Assembly (NCBI GenBank): GCA_000434735.1
Contig: FR881281.1
Location: 12,777 to 76,776, forward strand
DNA from: Bacteroides sp. CAG:530
Lineage (GTDB): Bacteria; Bacteroidota; Bacteroidia; Bacteroidales; Bacteroidaceae
Length of the DNA stretch: 64,000 nucleotides
Reading direction: 5' to 3'
Under the pieces are notes generated by a model. That model had not been told where the DNA came from. It searched no databases and saw only the letters and a program-made list of their open reading frames with translations. Both the position numbers and the translations under genes were made by a program. Shown here in pieces: positions 40,901-52,211 of this stretch; within the stretch, counting starts at the first letter, position 1, and each line of letters starts with the position of its first letter.

Positions 40901-42056
40901 AGGTAGTATCACTGTTCGCCTCACCATAAAGGACGACCAACTGCAGCTGGAAGTAAGCGATACAGGATGCGGTATAGAGCAAGACAAGCACAAGCGAATA
41001 TTCGAACGCTTCTATCAGCTTAAGAACAACTATGTAGGTAGCGGTATCGGACTCTCATTGGTAGAGCGTTTGGTGGAATTGCATCACGGACATATAGAAT
41101 TGGTAAGCGAAAAGGGCAAAGGTAGTATATTTACCATCTATCTGCCGCAGAACCCTAACGCATACGCCGAAAACGAATTCTATGGCAGCAGCGAAGATGC
41201 GGAACCAGAAGAAGTACACTCTACCAACTCTAAAGAGATGTATATCATAAACACCGAGAAAGACGACAACACCACAGAAGAAGATACCGACAATAAGAAA
41301 GGATGTATCCTTGTGGTAGAAGACAACGAAGAGATACGCCATTATCTATATAGCGGATTACAGCCCAACTTCTGCATAAAACAGGCAGCCAACGGTGCCG
41401 AAGCACTCGACATTCTGAAGGATACACAGGTAGATATCGTGATAACCGATGTCATGATGCCAGTAATGGATGGTATAAAACTATGTAAGCAGATAAAGCA
41501 GAACATTGTAACCAGCCATATACCTGTTATCATCCTTTCGGCTAAGACCGATGTGAACGATCAGATGCAGGCCATGCAGACTGGAGCCGATGACTACATA
41601 GCCAAGCCGTTCTCGCTTAGCGTGCTAATAGCCAAAGTGCAGAACCGCATGCGCACTCGTGCCCGCATGATAGAGCATTACGCAAAATCAGCCGAGGTAG
41701 ACCCTGAAAAGATAACCTTCAACGCTATGGACGAGAAGTTACTGAAACGCGCCGTCGAAGTAGTGAAGGCCAATATGGATAATCCAGAATTCTCTGCCGA
41801 AGAGTTTGCACGCAATATGAATATGAGTCGCTCTAACCTTCACCTGAAGTTGAAAGGCGTAACCGGAGAATCGGCTATAGAGTTCATACGCAAGATTCGT
41901 TTTAACGAAGCTTGCCGCTTGCTGCGCGAAGGACAATACAGTATTTCCGAGATAAGCAGCATGGTTGGTTTCAACACACCGTCATACTTCTCTACGGTAT
42001 TCAAGAAGTACATGGGTTGCTTGCCTACAGAATACGTTAAGAAAGGCAACCGATAA
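37985..42056 (+). pseudogene. hybrid two-component system sensor kinase/response regulator (HTCS; beta-propeller + Y_Y_Y + TM + HisKA/HATPase + REC + AraC-HTH), interrupted by a +1 frameshift caused by a 13-bp tandem duplication
   Basis: ORF 37985..40087 (700 aa) carries the periplasmic propeller repeats and ends NISDTDFRY*. ORF 40098..42056 (652 aa) starts in the +1 frame with Y_Y_Y, TM, HELRTPL, HATPase, REC (VVEDNEEIR...DVMMP) and the AraC HTH. Deleting one of the two ATTTCAGATACTG copies at 40061-40086 joins them as ...NISDTEKIVLKPSQRAFTLEF... It starts 4 nt after the tatC stop. Confidence 0.75.
40061..40086 (+). repeat. perfect 13-bp tandem duplication (ATTTCAGATACTG x2) inside the HTCS gene
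   Basis: The copies lie at 40061-40073 and 40074-40086. The length is not a multiple of 3, and the duplication creates TGA at 40085-40087. Confidence 0.9.
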
Positions 42057-42100
42057 TACGGCAGTCACAAGATTCTGTAAAAAACAACCAAGTTAATATG

Positions 42101-42142
42101 CGCTATGCCGCACGTCAACCAACGTGCGGCATAGCGTTTTTT
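42101..42142 (+). terminator. strong rho-independent terminator after the HTCS gene
   Basis: cgctatgccgcacg ... cgtgcggcatagcg (14-bp stem, 8-nt loop) + T6. Confidence 0.8.
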
Positions 42143-42199
42143 CGTATCTGTAATTGTCAAAAAACTTGCGAATAAAAGTTTGTTTTCTTTTATTCAATT

Positions 42200-42292
42200 C
42201 TATAAACTTAGCCTAAGAATATGTATACTTAGCCTAAGTTTATATATTCTTAGTTTAAGTTTTTATATACTTAGGCTAAGTTTATAGAATTC
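42200..42292. repeat. 4 copies (first inverted) of the 22-bp TTAGGCTAAGTTTATATAT unit, locus B
   Basis: Units are ctataaacttagcctaag (inverted), cttagcctaagtttatatattc, ttagtttaagtttttatatac and ttaggctaagtttatagaattc. The three direct units align copy-for-copy with 3891..3955 at roughly 85-90 % identity. It lies between the HTCS terminator and the PUL promoter. Confidence 0.7.
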
Positions 42293-42510
42293 ATGCCAAG
42301 CAATCAGCTTTTTCATCGCATGCCATCACACTTTCCACAAACATTGCCACAGCATTTACACATCACAAAACACTGATAAACAAGTGCTCTAAACATACGT
42401 ATAATCGCATTTTGCACAATTTTAAAAGTTCTCAAAACAAATGTTGCATTGATTGTACGATATTATGGAAAAGAAAAGTTATCTTTACGATACATACAAA
42501 CGTTAACCTA

Positions 42511-42518
42511 TAACTTTG
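42511..42518 (+). promoter_or_regulatory. candidate -7 promoter element (TAnnTTTG) for the PUL operon
   Basis: taactttg lies 45 nt upstream of the first PUL gene ATG (42563). Confidence 0.35.
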
Positions 42519-42562
42519 CATCACTAAAGTTCTAATCAATAATTTCTTAAAAGAGAGTATCT

Positions 42563-44767
42563 ATGAATAAACTTCATCTCTGTCTCATCGCAGCGATGGC
42601 GCTTACCGCGTGCACTGAAGACGACGAGACTCTAAAGGGTTCAGGAGTGATAGAGGGTACTATCATGCCGACTGAAAAGCCCAATGATGTTATCACTGAA
42701 GGCATTTTTGAAAAGTTAAATCTCGACTACCCAGGGTTGGAAAAAGTGAAAGCTTACCACGAGGCTGGTCAAGATTATTACGCATGCTATGAATTGTTGC
42801 AGTACTATCGCAACCGTAGCAACGTAATCAACCCAAGCATCGACTTGATTAACACATCTTACTCTGCCGCAGAAAAAGCTATGGCCGACCAAGCTCTGCT
42901 GCATCAGTTCTATGTTCGCGGCTTTTCTGCCGACTTAGGCGCAGACAATAAGCAAGGAACTTCTGATGACACATTCTACAAATTCGAGAAGAAAGACGAA
43001 AACGGACAAACTGTTATCGACTGGGATTTGCAGGTAGAAGGAGTAACCAGCGCAGAATTCAAATATCAGCGTCACCGTTGGCAGTGGATGGAACCGCAGG
43101 CCAAGACATATCGCGTAACCAAAAACGAAGATTATATCAAGAATTGGATAGAGACCTACCAAAGCTGGATGAATACTTATCCATGCCCTAACGCAAAATT
43201 CGACGATAACGAAACTGATAAGAACTCAAACTATCAGTGGAAAGGACTGCAGACTGCCGAACGTTTGCTGTCGCAGCTTAACGTAATGCAGTACTATCTG
43301 CAATCTACCAACTTCACACCCGAATGGCTTTCTACATTCTTGATTTCTATAGCCGATCATGTAGAAATGATTCGCAAGAACTACTATCAGACTCCGGGCG
43401 ACAACATTCGCTTAAGCCAGATACAAGCCGTATTTACAGCAGGAGTATTGATGCCGGAATTTAAGAACGCCACAGAATGGACAAACGAAGCATCTACTAT
43501 GCTCGATACGGAAATAGGTTCTCAGTTCCTTGAAGACGGTGTACATGCCGATCTCGACCCGAGCTATCACATCGGTTCAGTAAGCAACTGCCTCAGCCTC
43601 TATTATCTGTTGTCGCTTAACGATAAGACAGATTTGCTGCCGGCTTCGTTCGTATCGAAGCTGAAAAACGCTACTAACTTCCTGAAAGACATAATCTATC
43701 CAAACTATACTATCGACAATTACAACGATACCCGTTCAGACAGATTAGGTAAGAGCATTCAGATTAAGAACTTCAAGAAATACAGCGAAATCTATCCAGA
43801 CGATGAAGAAATGAAGTACATGGCATACGAACGTGCCAAAGGCACTGTGCCTTCGTACACTACTAAAGCATATTCGGCAGCAGGTTACTACATGCTTCGT
43901 AGCGGTTGGACAGAAAACTCTACCATGATGGTACTGAAGAATAACTATAATCCTGAAGCTAAATGGCACTGCCAGCCGGATAATCAGACATTCAGCCTAT
44001 ACCGCAACGGACGTATATTCTTCCCCGATGCAGGATGTCATGGATACGAAGGTGACCCGTTACGCAAAGATTTCGCAGCGGCAGTAAACCACAACACTTT
44101 GACCGCATTGAGTAAAGACCCAGACGCAACTCACCGTAAAGGAAAGTTCCTTACCATGTATACAGAAAAAATGAACGGTGTAAATGTTGACGTTCTTTCT
44201 ACTCAGTTCGAGATGAAAGAAGGTTTGACTCACCGTCGTACAGTATTCTTCGTTAATAAGGCATTCTTCGTTATTGCCGATGAAGCATTTGGTGATGGAA
44301 ACAAAGACAAGGTGAACTTGAACTTCCACATGATTACAACTGATGAATGTCCTACAGTAGCCGATGCTGACGCTGACAAGAAAACAGCAGGACTCCACAC
44401 TACCTTTACCGACGGTAACAATATGGTATTGCGTTCTTTCTACGCTGAAGGCTCTACAACCGGAGCGCTTGAAGGTAAAATAGACAACAAGGAAACAGAA
44501 GTATGGAATAATACTGCTGATGCCATTTCTAAAGCAAGCGGAAAGCGTTTAGGCATGAAATTCAATGTTCGTAAGCCTATCAACGGAGCATCTCGCCTCA
44601 TCACTATCATCAAACCGATAGACGGAGCTTATGACGCAAACATGGAACTCGACGCTAAGTTTACCGACAACACGGAAGAGACACGCAATACGTTCCATGC
44701 CGACGGCGTGACACTGCAAGTTACAGTAGACGGCAAGACTTATAATTTGCAAGCAAAAATAAAATAA
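42563..44767 (+). CDS. heparinase III-family (PL12-like) polysaccharide lyase, lipoprotein
   Basis: 734 aa with a signal + lipobox (LTAC). It shares paralog-like blocks with the 53531 gene (LNLDYPGLEKVK, HRWQWM, WHCQPDN, HRRTVFFVN, FVIADEAFG), typical of heparinase II/III-like (alpha/alpha-toroid + beta-sandwich) lyases. Confidence 0.75.
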   Translation: MNKLHLCLIAAMALTACTEDDETLKGSGVIEGTIMPTEKPNDVITEGIFEKLNLDYPGLEKVKAYHEAGQDYYACYELLQYYRNRSNVINPSIDLINTSYSAAEKAMADQALLHQFYVRGFSADLGADNKQGTSDDTFYKFEKKDENGQTVIDWDLQVEGVTSAEFKYQRHRWQWMEPQAKTYRVTKNEDYIKNWIETYQSWMNTYPCPNAKFDDNETDKNSNYQWKGLQTAERLLSQLNVMQYYLQSTNFTPEWLSTFLISIADHVEMIRKNYYQTPGDNIRLSQIQAVFTAGVLMPEFKNATEWTNEASTMLDTEIGSQFLEDGVHADLDPSYHIGSVSNCLSLYYLLSLNDKTDLLPASFVSKLKNATNFLKDIIYPNYTIDNYNDTRSDRLGKSIQIKNFKKYSEIYPDDEEMKYMAYERAKGTVPSYTTKAYSAAGYYMLRSGWTENSTMMVLKNNYNPEAKWHCQPDNQTFSLYRNGRIFFPDAGCHGYEGDPLRKDFAAAVNHNTLTALSKDPDATHRKGKFLTMYTEKMNGVNVDVLSTQFEMKEGLTHRRTVFFVNKAFFVIADEAFGDGNKDKVNLNFHMITTDECPTVADADADKKTAGLHTTFTDGNNMVLRSFYAEGSTTGALEGKIDNKETEVWNNTADAISKASGKRLGMKFNVRKPINGASRLITIIKPIDGAYDANMELDAKFTDNTEETRNTFHADGVTLQVTVDGKTYNLQAKIK

Positions 44768-44792
44768 TAATAACTCTTAATCTCATAACCAA

Positions 44793-47045
44793 ATGAACGT
44801 AAGACACAACATCTTATCCCGATTTTTGGGAGTTTTGACGGTCATGGTATTCGCATTGCTGGGCATTACTTCATGCTCGGAAACAGAAACCACCGACAAA
44901 ACCGATTTTATTCTCTACTATACCAGCATGACCGATATAGGTCCTGGCATGAGTAGCGACATTGCACAACCCAGTTACAAGGGAGCCACACCTTCTGACT
45001 TCACTATCACAGGAGTTACTTTGGACGGACAGGCTTACACAGGCAACTTGTTCGAGATTAATCCTACTAGCGGAACAGTACACATAGAAAGCGATGAAAC
45101 AACCCCAGTAGGTGTTTATAAGATTTCTGTTTCGTGTGTAGCAGGTGGAAGCACTTTCACTTACAACGACATTATCAGTGTAAACTTCTTGAAGCGTGTG
45201 CCCGAAGGCATCACTGTTACTCCGGAAGCATTGGTTGCCGATTTCGCTGACATCATCGATGCCAACAGTACAGTAGAATTACCTACCGCACAGGTTACTA
45301 CAGAACAGAACCATATCTCTATTACAGGATATTCTATCTCAAGCGTTCGCTTAGGCGAGACTATCGTCGACAACAAGAAGAACCCGATGTTCGCTGTTTC
45401 TTCAGACGGAACAATCTCTATCGTTCGCGGCTCTAATGCTATCGAACCGGGACTTTACACTATCGACCTTAAGTTGAACACTGCCGTATCGGGTAGCGAC
45501 AGCGAAGAAGGTTTGTTCGCTAACGCACTTACTGTAAACGTAACTTCTAAGCCGTTGGCTTTGACTTACGCTACAGGTAAATTGGAAGAAGCTACAGAAG
45601 AATCGGGCAACACATCTTTCGTTAGCCAAGTTCCTACATTCAAGGGTTCTACAGACGGTATCGCTTATTCTATAGAAAGCGTTTCGCCAGCTTCAGACAA
45701 ATTCGTTATCGATGCCAAGACTGGCGTTATCTCTGTAGCCGAAGGTCACGGACTTAAGAGCGGCGAAAAATATGTTGTCTCTGTTCGCGTTAAGAACGAC
45801 TATAGCACAGAAGGTGTAGTATTCAACAACGTATTCACACTGAACGTAGTAGAATACATCGAGCCTATTTCTAACTTCGCTTACGAAATGACTCCTGTTA
45901 CAGAACAGGTAGAATTCGAAATTCCTGTAAAAGACGGATTCAAGGGTGCAGAACCTGTATTCGTATTTGAATCTATCTCTGCCGAAGATAAGAACATCGT
46001 ATCATTGGACGGAAAGACCGGAACAATCTCTGCTAAGAAAGGTCACAAACTGACTTTAGGAGAACACAAGTTCACCGTAAAAGCATCAAACGATAAGAAT
46101 AGCGAAACCGCAGAGTTAATTATCAATGTCACTGAAAACCCCAACAAGTTTACATACATCCGCTACGGAAACAACTTGGGATTGACTCCTGCCGAAAACT
46201 ACGCTAACCAGTTCAGACTGGCAGATAAGGAAGAATTCAACGGTAACGCAGAATTTAGCACTCCTGAAACCGACAGTAAAAAGACATTGACTTGGAGCGT
46301 AAGCGGAATTGACGTTGGTGGTACTTCAACTTGGAATAAAGTAAAAATTGACTCTAAAACTGGTAAATTAACTCTCAATGCTCTACCTAATGAACAAAAA
46401 TGTGTTGTAGTATTGGTAAAAGCTACTGCAGGTTCTGGCAAAAAGGCTTATTCTATAACAGTGCCAGTATTCTTCCACAACTCTAATGCTGATAAAACTA
46501 ATGGTAAGATAGAATACACCCCATTCGTTCTGCAAGTAAATCCAAAGAAGGGTGGACGTTCTGTTACTCCTACCATTACTAACACTATAGATATGAGCAA
46601 ATTTGTTTTGGATTTCAGACGTGACCCTATCTATTACAATATTAATGGAGAATATCAAGACGGCACCCCACTTGAATCGGGAGGTACGCAAAAACACACA
46701 AAAGGCTACTATAAACAGTCTCCATTTATGGAAGCCTTGTGGGTACAATGCGGAGCTGGATTAGGAGCCAAAGCCCCCATGGCTTACTTCGATGTAAAGG
46801 GCAATATAAGGGAAAATCATACAGATAAAACATTGGGTTATGTAGACAATGCAGACGGAGACAAGAAATTCTCAGTTGTAATAAACGCTAACCAATGGTG
46901 CCAACGTGCAGAAGATAGCCAGGATATATTAGCTTGGGCAAACGGTGTCGTCATAATGAGCATGACATATAGCGACAACGTCACTAATGTAAACAAAGGA
47001 ACAGAAGTAGGTCCTATCGTAATTTGGCTTGATACTAATTTTTAA
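44793..47045 (+). CDS. PUL-encoded surface lipoprotein, probable surface glycan-binding protein (SGBP)
   Basis: 750 aa with a signal + lipobox (ITSC). It has multiple Ig-like beta-sandwich repeats and no catalytic motifs. Its position next to susC/susD matches PUL SGBPs. Confidence 0.55.
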   Translation: MNVRHNILSRFLGVLTVMVFALLGITSCSETETTDKTDFILYYTSMTDIGPGMSSDIAQPSYKGATPSDFTITGVTLDGQAYTGNLFEINPTSGTVHIESDETTPVGVYKISVSCVAGGSTFTYNDIISVNFLKRVPEGITVTPEALVADFADIIDANSTVELPTAQVTTEQNHISITGYSISSVRLGETIVDNKKNPMFAVSSDGTISIVRGSNAIEPGLYTIDLKLNTAVSGSDSEEGLFANALTVNVTSKPLALTYATGKLEEATEESGNTSFVSQVPTFKGSTDGIAYSIESVSPASDKFVIDAKTGVISVAEGHGLKSGEKYVVSVRVKNDYSTEGVVFNNVFTLNVVEYIEPISNFAYEMTPVTEQVEFEIPVKDGFKGAEPVFVFESISAEDKNIVSLDGKTGTISAKKGHKLTLGEHKFTVKASNDKNSETAELIINVTENPNKFTYIRYGNNLGLTPAENYANQFRLADKEEFNGNAEFSTPETDSKKTLTWSVSGIDVGGTSTWNKVKIDSKTGKLTLNALPNEQKCVVVLVKATAGSGKKAYSITVPVFFHNSNADKTNGKIEYTPFVLQVNPKKGGRSVTPTITNTIDMSKFVLDFRRDPIYYNINGEYQDGTPLESGGTQKHTKGYYKQSPFMEALWVQCGAGLGAKAPMAYFDVKGNIRENHTDKTLGYVDNADGDKKFSVVINANQWCQRAEDSQDILAWANGVVIMSMTYSDNVTNVNKGTEVGPIVIWLDTNF

Positions 47046-47073
47046 TTCAATTATCCATTAATCATATAGATTT

Positions 47074-50000
47074 ATGCATCAATACACTATAAAATCGGCA
47101 AGCAAAAGAGGGTTCATCACCCTCCTTGCCTTGATGATGTCTGTATGTCTGTACGCTCAGCGAATAACACTGAACGGTGTTGTTATAGACGAGACAGACC
47201 AACCGCTTATCGGTGCTACCGTACAAGTTGTGGGTACACCCGATGGTACCATTACCGATTTCGACGGTAACTTCTCTCTGAAAGTTAAGAAAGGAGCAAA
47301 GATTACTTTCTCTTACGTAGGATACTTAAGCAAAACCTTGACTTTCCAAGGACAGAACAAAGTAACCGTAAAACTGGAACCGGACAACAAGACTTTGGAA
47401 GAAGTAGTAGTTGTAGGTTACGGCGCTATGAAACGTAGCGACTTGACAGGATCTCTTTCATCAGTAGGTGGAAAAGACATCGAGGGTTATAAAACAAGTA
47501 ACTTGGCGGGAGCGTTGAGCGGCCAGGTTGCTGGTGTTCAGATTACCCAGACCGATGGTGCGCCGGGTTCTGGCTTCAACATCAACATCCGTGGTGTAGG
47601 TACCTTGACTGGTGATAATGCACCTCTTTATATAGTAGACGGTTTCCAGGTAGACGATATCAGCTATCTGTCTGACTCGGATATCGAAGACATCTCTGTA
47701 TTGAAAGATGCTTCTTCGGCTGCTATCTACGGTTCTCGCGCTGCAAACGGTGTTATCTTGATCTCTACCAAGCAGGGTAAGGAAAGCAAGCCTATCATTA
47801 CTTATAAGGGCTCTGCCACTTACCGTAGCATCGCTAAGAAACTCAATTTGCTTAGCCCGTACGAATTCGTAAAACTGCAGGGTGAAATCAACGATAAATA
47901 CTTGACCTCTTACTTCCAGGAAGGAAATGACTCTGAAGGCAACCCATACCGTTATCAATCGCTCGACGACTTTATCGGTGTAGAAGGTATCGACTGGCAA
48001 GACCAGACTTTCAATCCTACTTGGTCTACCGATCATAACGTAAGCATCATCGGTGGTACTGACAAGTCTAAATATTCAGGCTCTCTGTCGCGCTACGTAG
48101 AAGAAGGTATCTTCAACAACAGTGGTTTCGACAAGACTACCGGAAAGCTTCGTTATACTAACAAGCTCACTAAGAAGGTATCATTGGATGTTACATTCAA
48201 CTATGCCCAGACTAACCGTAAAGGTGTAGGTACATCGGCCGACTCTGGTCGTTTCAACATGTTGGCACAGATTATCAGTGCACGTCCTACCGCAGGTAAC
48301 CGCATGACTGATGACGAATTGCTGAACGCTTTCATCGACCCAACTATGTTGGAAGACGGAAACGATAATATCGCACAGGTAAACCCTGTATTGCAGACTG
48401 AAAACGTTACTAACAAGAAACGCTCTGAATATTGGTCGGCTAACGGTGCTGTAAACTGGGAAATCAGAAAAGGATTGACTTTCCGTACTGCTGCCACTTA
48501 CAACACTACCAACACCAGAACAGACATATTCTACTCTCAGAAGACAAAAGAAGCATACCGTAACGGTGGTAAGCCTTATGGTTCAAGCCAGATGCAACGC
48601 GATTCACGCTGGGTAAACAGTAACACCTTGACTTGGAAACAGAAGATTAAAAAACATCAGTACGATGTAATGTTGGGTCATGAAGTTTCACACAAGACTA
48701 CAGAGTACTTATACGGTCAGGCAATGGATTTCCCATTCGATAACCTGGGCAACAATAACTTAGGTCTTGGAGCTACTCCGAGCAAAGTAAATTCTGATTA
48801 TAGCGACAACTCGCTGCTTTCATTCTTTGCACGTGCCAACTACAACTACGACAACCGCTACTTGTTCACTGCAACAATGCGTGCCGATGGTTCTACAGTA
48901 TTCTCTAAGAACAATAAATGGGGATACTTCCCTTCATTCTCTGCCGCATGGCGTGTTTCTGAAGAAAAGTTCATGAAGAACTTGGATTGGATTTCTAACA
49001 TGAAGTTGCGTTTAGGATGGGGTCTTGTAGGTAACGACCGTATCAAGAACTACTTGTCGCTTGATCTTTATACAGACTCTAAATACGGTGTAGGAAACCA
49101 AATAGTAACTGTATTGACTCCGAAGCAGCTGCGTAACAGTGACTTGAAGTGGGAGGCATCTTCTACTGTCAACGCAGGTATAGACTTGGGCTTCTTCGCT
49201 AACCGCTTGAGCTTGACTGCCGACTTCTTTATCAAGAACACCAAAGACTTGCTGTTAGCACAGTCGTTGGCACACGTAACAGGTTTCGATTCTCAGTGGC
49301 AAAACGTAGGTAAGATTCAGAATAGAGGTATTGAATTAAGTATCAACAGCACAAACATTCAGTCTAAGAACTTCACTTGGCAAACCAACTTCAACATTTC
49401 GTTCATCCATAACGAATTGAAATCGTTGGCATCGGGAGTAGACGCAATGTATGCACGTTCAGGATTCGACGGCAACTTTACTTCTTACGACTACATCGCA
49501 AAAGTAGGCGAATCACTGGGCTTAATATACGGTTATGAATTCGACGGTATCTACCAATACTCTGATTTCAACCAGACTCCTGACGGAAAATGGATATTGA
49601 AAGAAGGTGTAGTAAATAACGCCGGATACAAAACTAAAAATACAAACTTGGAACCGGGATGCGTGAAATACAAAGACCAGGACGGCGACGGTGAAATCAC
49701 TACTAAAGACCGTACGGTAATTGGTAACACACTGCCTAAGTGGTATGGTGGTATCACCAACAATTTCAACTTCAAGGGTGTAGACTTCAGCTTCATGTTC
49801 CAGTTTAACTACGGTAACGATTTATACAACGCAACCCGTCTGTACAGTACTCAGACTCGTTTGGGCCGTCGTAACATGATGGCGGAAGTAGCAGACCGTT
49901 GGTCCGCCTACAAACGCATCTAACCTCGTTCCGAAGACAAACGGTTACATCACCAACGAAGTATATTCACGTTTCGTAGAAGACGGCTCATTCCTCCGTT

Positions 50001-50230
50001 TGAAGAACGTAACTTTGGGATATACCATTCCGCAGAAACTTACTAAGAAGTTCTATGTACAGAAACTCCGCGTATACGGAAGCGCACAGAACTTGTTCTG
50101 CCTGAGCAAATATAGCGGTTACGACCCAGAAGTAAGTACAGCTGCAAACAACCCGATGACACCGGGACTTGACTGGGGTGCATATCCTAAGAGCCGTATC
50201 TTCACAATAGGACTTGATTTACAATTCTAA
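47074..50230 (+). pseudogene. SusC-like TonB-dependent transporter, apparent +1 frameshift near 49900-49907
   Basis: ORF 47074..49923 (949 aa) carries the carboxypeptidase-regulatory-like, plug and barrel domains and ends ...ADRWSAYKRI*. ORF 50000..50230 is the canonical SusC C-terminus (...GLDWGAYPKSRIFTIGLDLQF), and its frame is open from 49892. Reading W-S in frame 1 and then PTNASNLVPKTNGYITNEVYSRFVEDGSFLRLKNVTLGYTIPQ in frame 2 restores a normal SusC; one extra nucleotide (around g49906) explains it. Confidence 0.7.
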
Positions 50231-50245
50231 TAAAAACGAAACAGT

Positions 50246-51964
50246 ATGAAAAGACATAAATTATATACCTTATTACTGGCAGGACTGGTTACTCTGGGTT
50301 CTACTTCGTGCAGCAACTTCTTGGAAGAAGAAGATAAAGTAGAAGTAGAAAAGAAGAACTACCTGACCAACGCCGACGAAGCACAGAACGTACTTTTAGG
50401 CGTATACCGCACTAACGTGAGAGAAGCGATGTATGGCCGCTACTTGTCTATCCACTTCAGCTTGGGTACCGATATGGAACAAGTAGAAGGTAGCAATACG
50501 GAAAACTTCCGTATTGTTCCTACCAACGCTTATCCCGCTACACAATCGGAAGTACAGCAGGCATGGCAATCGCTGTATATGGGAATTTATAACGCAAACG
50601 ATTTCTTGGAACAGCTGTCACTGCACATCGACAGCTACAGCCAGTCGGATAAAAAGAAAGCATTGATCTATGCAGCCGAAGCACGTTCATTGAGAGCTCT
50701 TTACTACTTCGAGTTAGTTCGCCGTTGGAACCGTGTGCCTTTGTTCACTAATACAGAACAATCTCACCAGAAACCGGAAACATTTGTACAGGCAGAGCCG
50801 GCTGAAGTATATAAGTTCATAGAAGAAGACTTGAAATATGCTGCCGAAATATTGCCGTATGCAACAGACGACGATGTACGTAGCGACAATTCTTACCGTT
50901 TCTCTAAGGGTGCCGCATTAGGATTGCTGGCTAAGGTATACGCTACATGGGCAGGATATCCTGTAAACGATACATCAAAATGGAAAGACGCTGCCGAAAC
51001 TGCCGCACAGCTTATCAACTCTGGTAAGCATGACTTGCTGCCCGACTTCGAGACATTGTGGGAAAACACCGCCAACGGCGTATGGGATCCTACAGAAAGT
51101 CTTATCGAAATCTCATTCTACTCGCCTACAGCTGCCGGTGGCGCAAACGACCCTTGCGGATACATAGGCAAATGGAACGGTGTACCGGCTTCGCAGATCT
51201 CGGGTACACGCGGAAGCTGTAAAGGTAACGTGAAGGTAATCTATCCGTTCTCATATAAATGGCAGCAGATAGCAGAGCAGAAAGGCGACAAGCGTTGGGC
51301 TTTGTCAATCTCTAACTTCCAGTACAAACCTACCAAGACATTCTTCGGTAAAGCTGGACAGTATACTATAGGTGATGAAAAAGTAACGCTTACTGCAGAA
51401 GAAGCAAGTCTTAATCCTGATGTAGACCAGAAGAACAAGCAATACTTCACTCCTGCCAAATGGGATTTGGAGAAATATACTAACGCTGCCAACAAGCTGA
51501 TAAACGACGACCGCTCTAACACTAACTGGTATGTATTGCGCTACGCCGATGTCTTACTTATCTATGCAGAAGCGCTGAACGAATGGAAGGGACATCCTAC
51601 TAACGAAGCATACGCCGCTATCAATAAGGTTCGTCGTCGTGGATTCGGTAACCCGAGCAACACATCCGTTTGCGACTTGCCTGCCGCTCTTAGCCAGGAA
51701 GCATTCCGCCAGGCAGTACGTGATGAGCGTGCATACGAATTGGCATTCGAAGGACACCGTCGTCTTGACTTGGTGCGTTGGGGTATCTATTACCAGACAA
51801 TCACCAAAACTTACAAAGACCTCCTGAACTGGTGGTCGAGCGACAACGAAAACTTCAACTATGCCATTTACCAATACACCATCGAAGGCAAGCATGAGCT
51901 GATGCCTATCCCGCAACGCGACATGGACTTGTGTCCGCAATTCAAGCAGAACCCGAAGTGGTAA
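50246..51964 (+). CDS. SusD/RagB-family outer-membrane glycan-binding lipoprotein
   Basis: 572 aa with a lipobox (STSC) and TPR-like SusD architecture. It lies immediately downstream of susC. Confidence 0.9.
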   Translation: MKRHKLYTLLLAGLVTLGSTSCSNFLEEEDKVEVEKKNYLTNADEAQNVLLGVYRTNVREAMYGRYLSIHFSLGTDMEQVEGSNTENFRIVPTNAYPATQSEVQQAWQSLYMGIYNANDFLEQLSLHIDSYSQSDKKKALIYAAEARSLRALYYFELVRRWNRVPLFTNTEQSHQKPETFVQAEPAEVYKFIEEDLKYAAEILPYATDDDVRSDNSYRFSKGAALGLLAKVYATWAGYPVNDTSKWKDAAETAAQLINSGKHDLLPDFETLWENTANGVWDPTESLIEISFYSPTAAGGANDPCGYIGKWNGVPASQISGTRGSCKGNVKVIYPFSYKWQQIAEQKGDKRWALSISNFQYKPTKTFFGKAGQYTIGDEKVTLTAEEASLNPDVDQKNKQYFTPAKWDLEKYTNAANKLINDDRSNTNWYVLRYADVLLIYAEALNEWKGHPTNEAYAAINKVRRRGFGNPSNTSVCDLPAALSQEAFRQAVRDERAYELAFEGHRRLDLVRWGIYYQTITKTYKDLLNWWSSDNENFNYAIYQYTIEGKHELMPIPQRDMDLCPQFKQNPKW

Positions 51965-52003
51965 CTATTGGAAAATAATTGAAAATATAACTTCAAGCAC
52001 AGA

Positions 52004-52055
52004 GGCGCAAAGGAGCAATAAAAAAACAATGTTTCTTTGCGCCTTATGCTTTATT
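52004..52055 (+). terminator. hairpin + T-rich tract after susD (possible attenuating terminator inside the PUL)
   Basis: ggcgcaaag ... ctttgcgcc (9-bp stem, 22-nt loop), then ttatgctttatt. A second long-range inverted repeat, ggccgatta...taatcggcc, lies at 52059-52150. Confidence 0.4.
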
Positions 52056-52211
52056 AAAGGCCGATTAAGACAATTATTATAGTCTATTCAACAAAAGTTG
52101 TATAACAAAAATGCGCTTTGAAAGGCTTTAGCACAATAATCGGCCTCTCTGACATAACAGTAAACTAATTTTGTAACCAAGAAAACAAACCCATAAAAAC
52201 AATACTTTATA

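Noticed and set aside
37985-42056. Interpretation of the two HTCS ORFs as a classical separate sensor + regulator pair
   Set aside because: The break lies in the periplasmic domain, upstream of the Y_Y_Y domain and the TM helix. The second ORF has no signal or start context (it begins at TTG). Deleting one 13-bp repeat copy joins the frames seamlessly.
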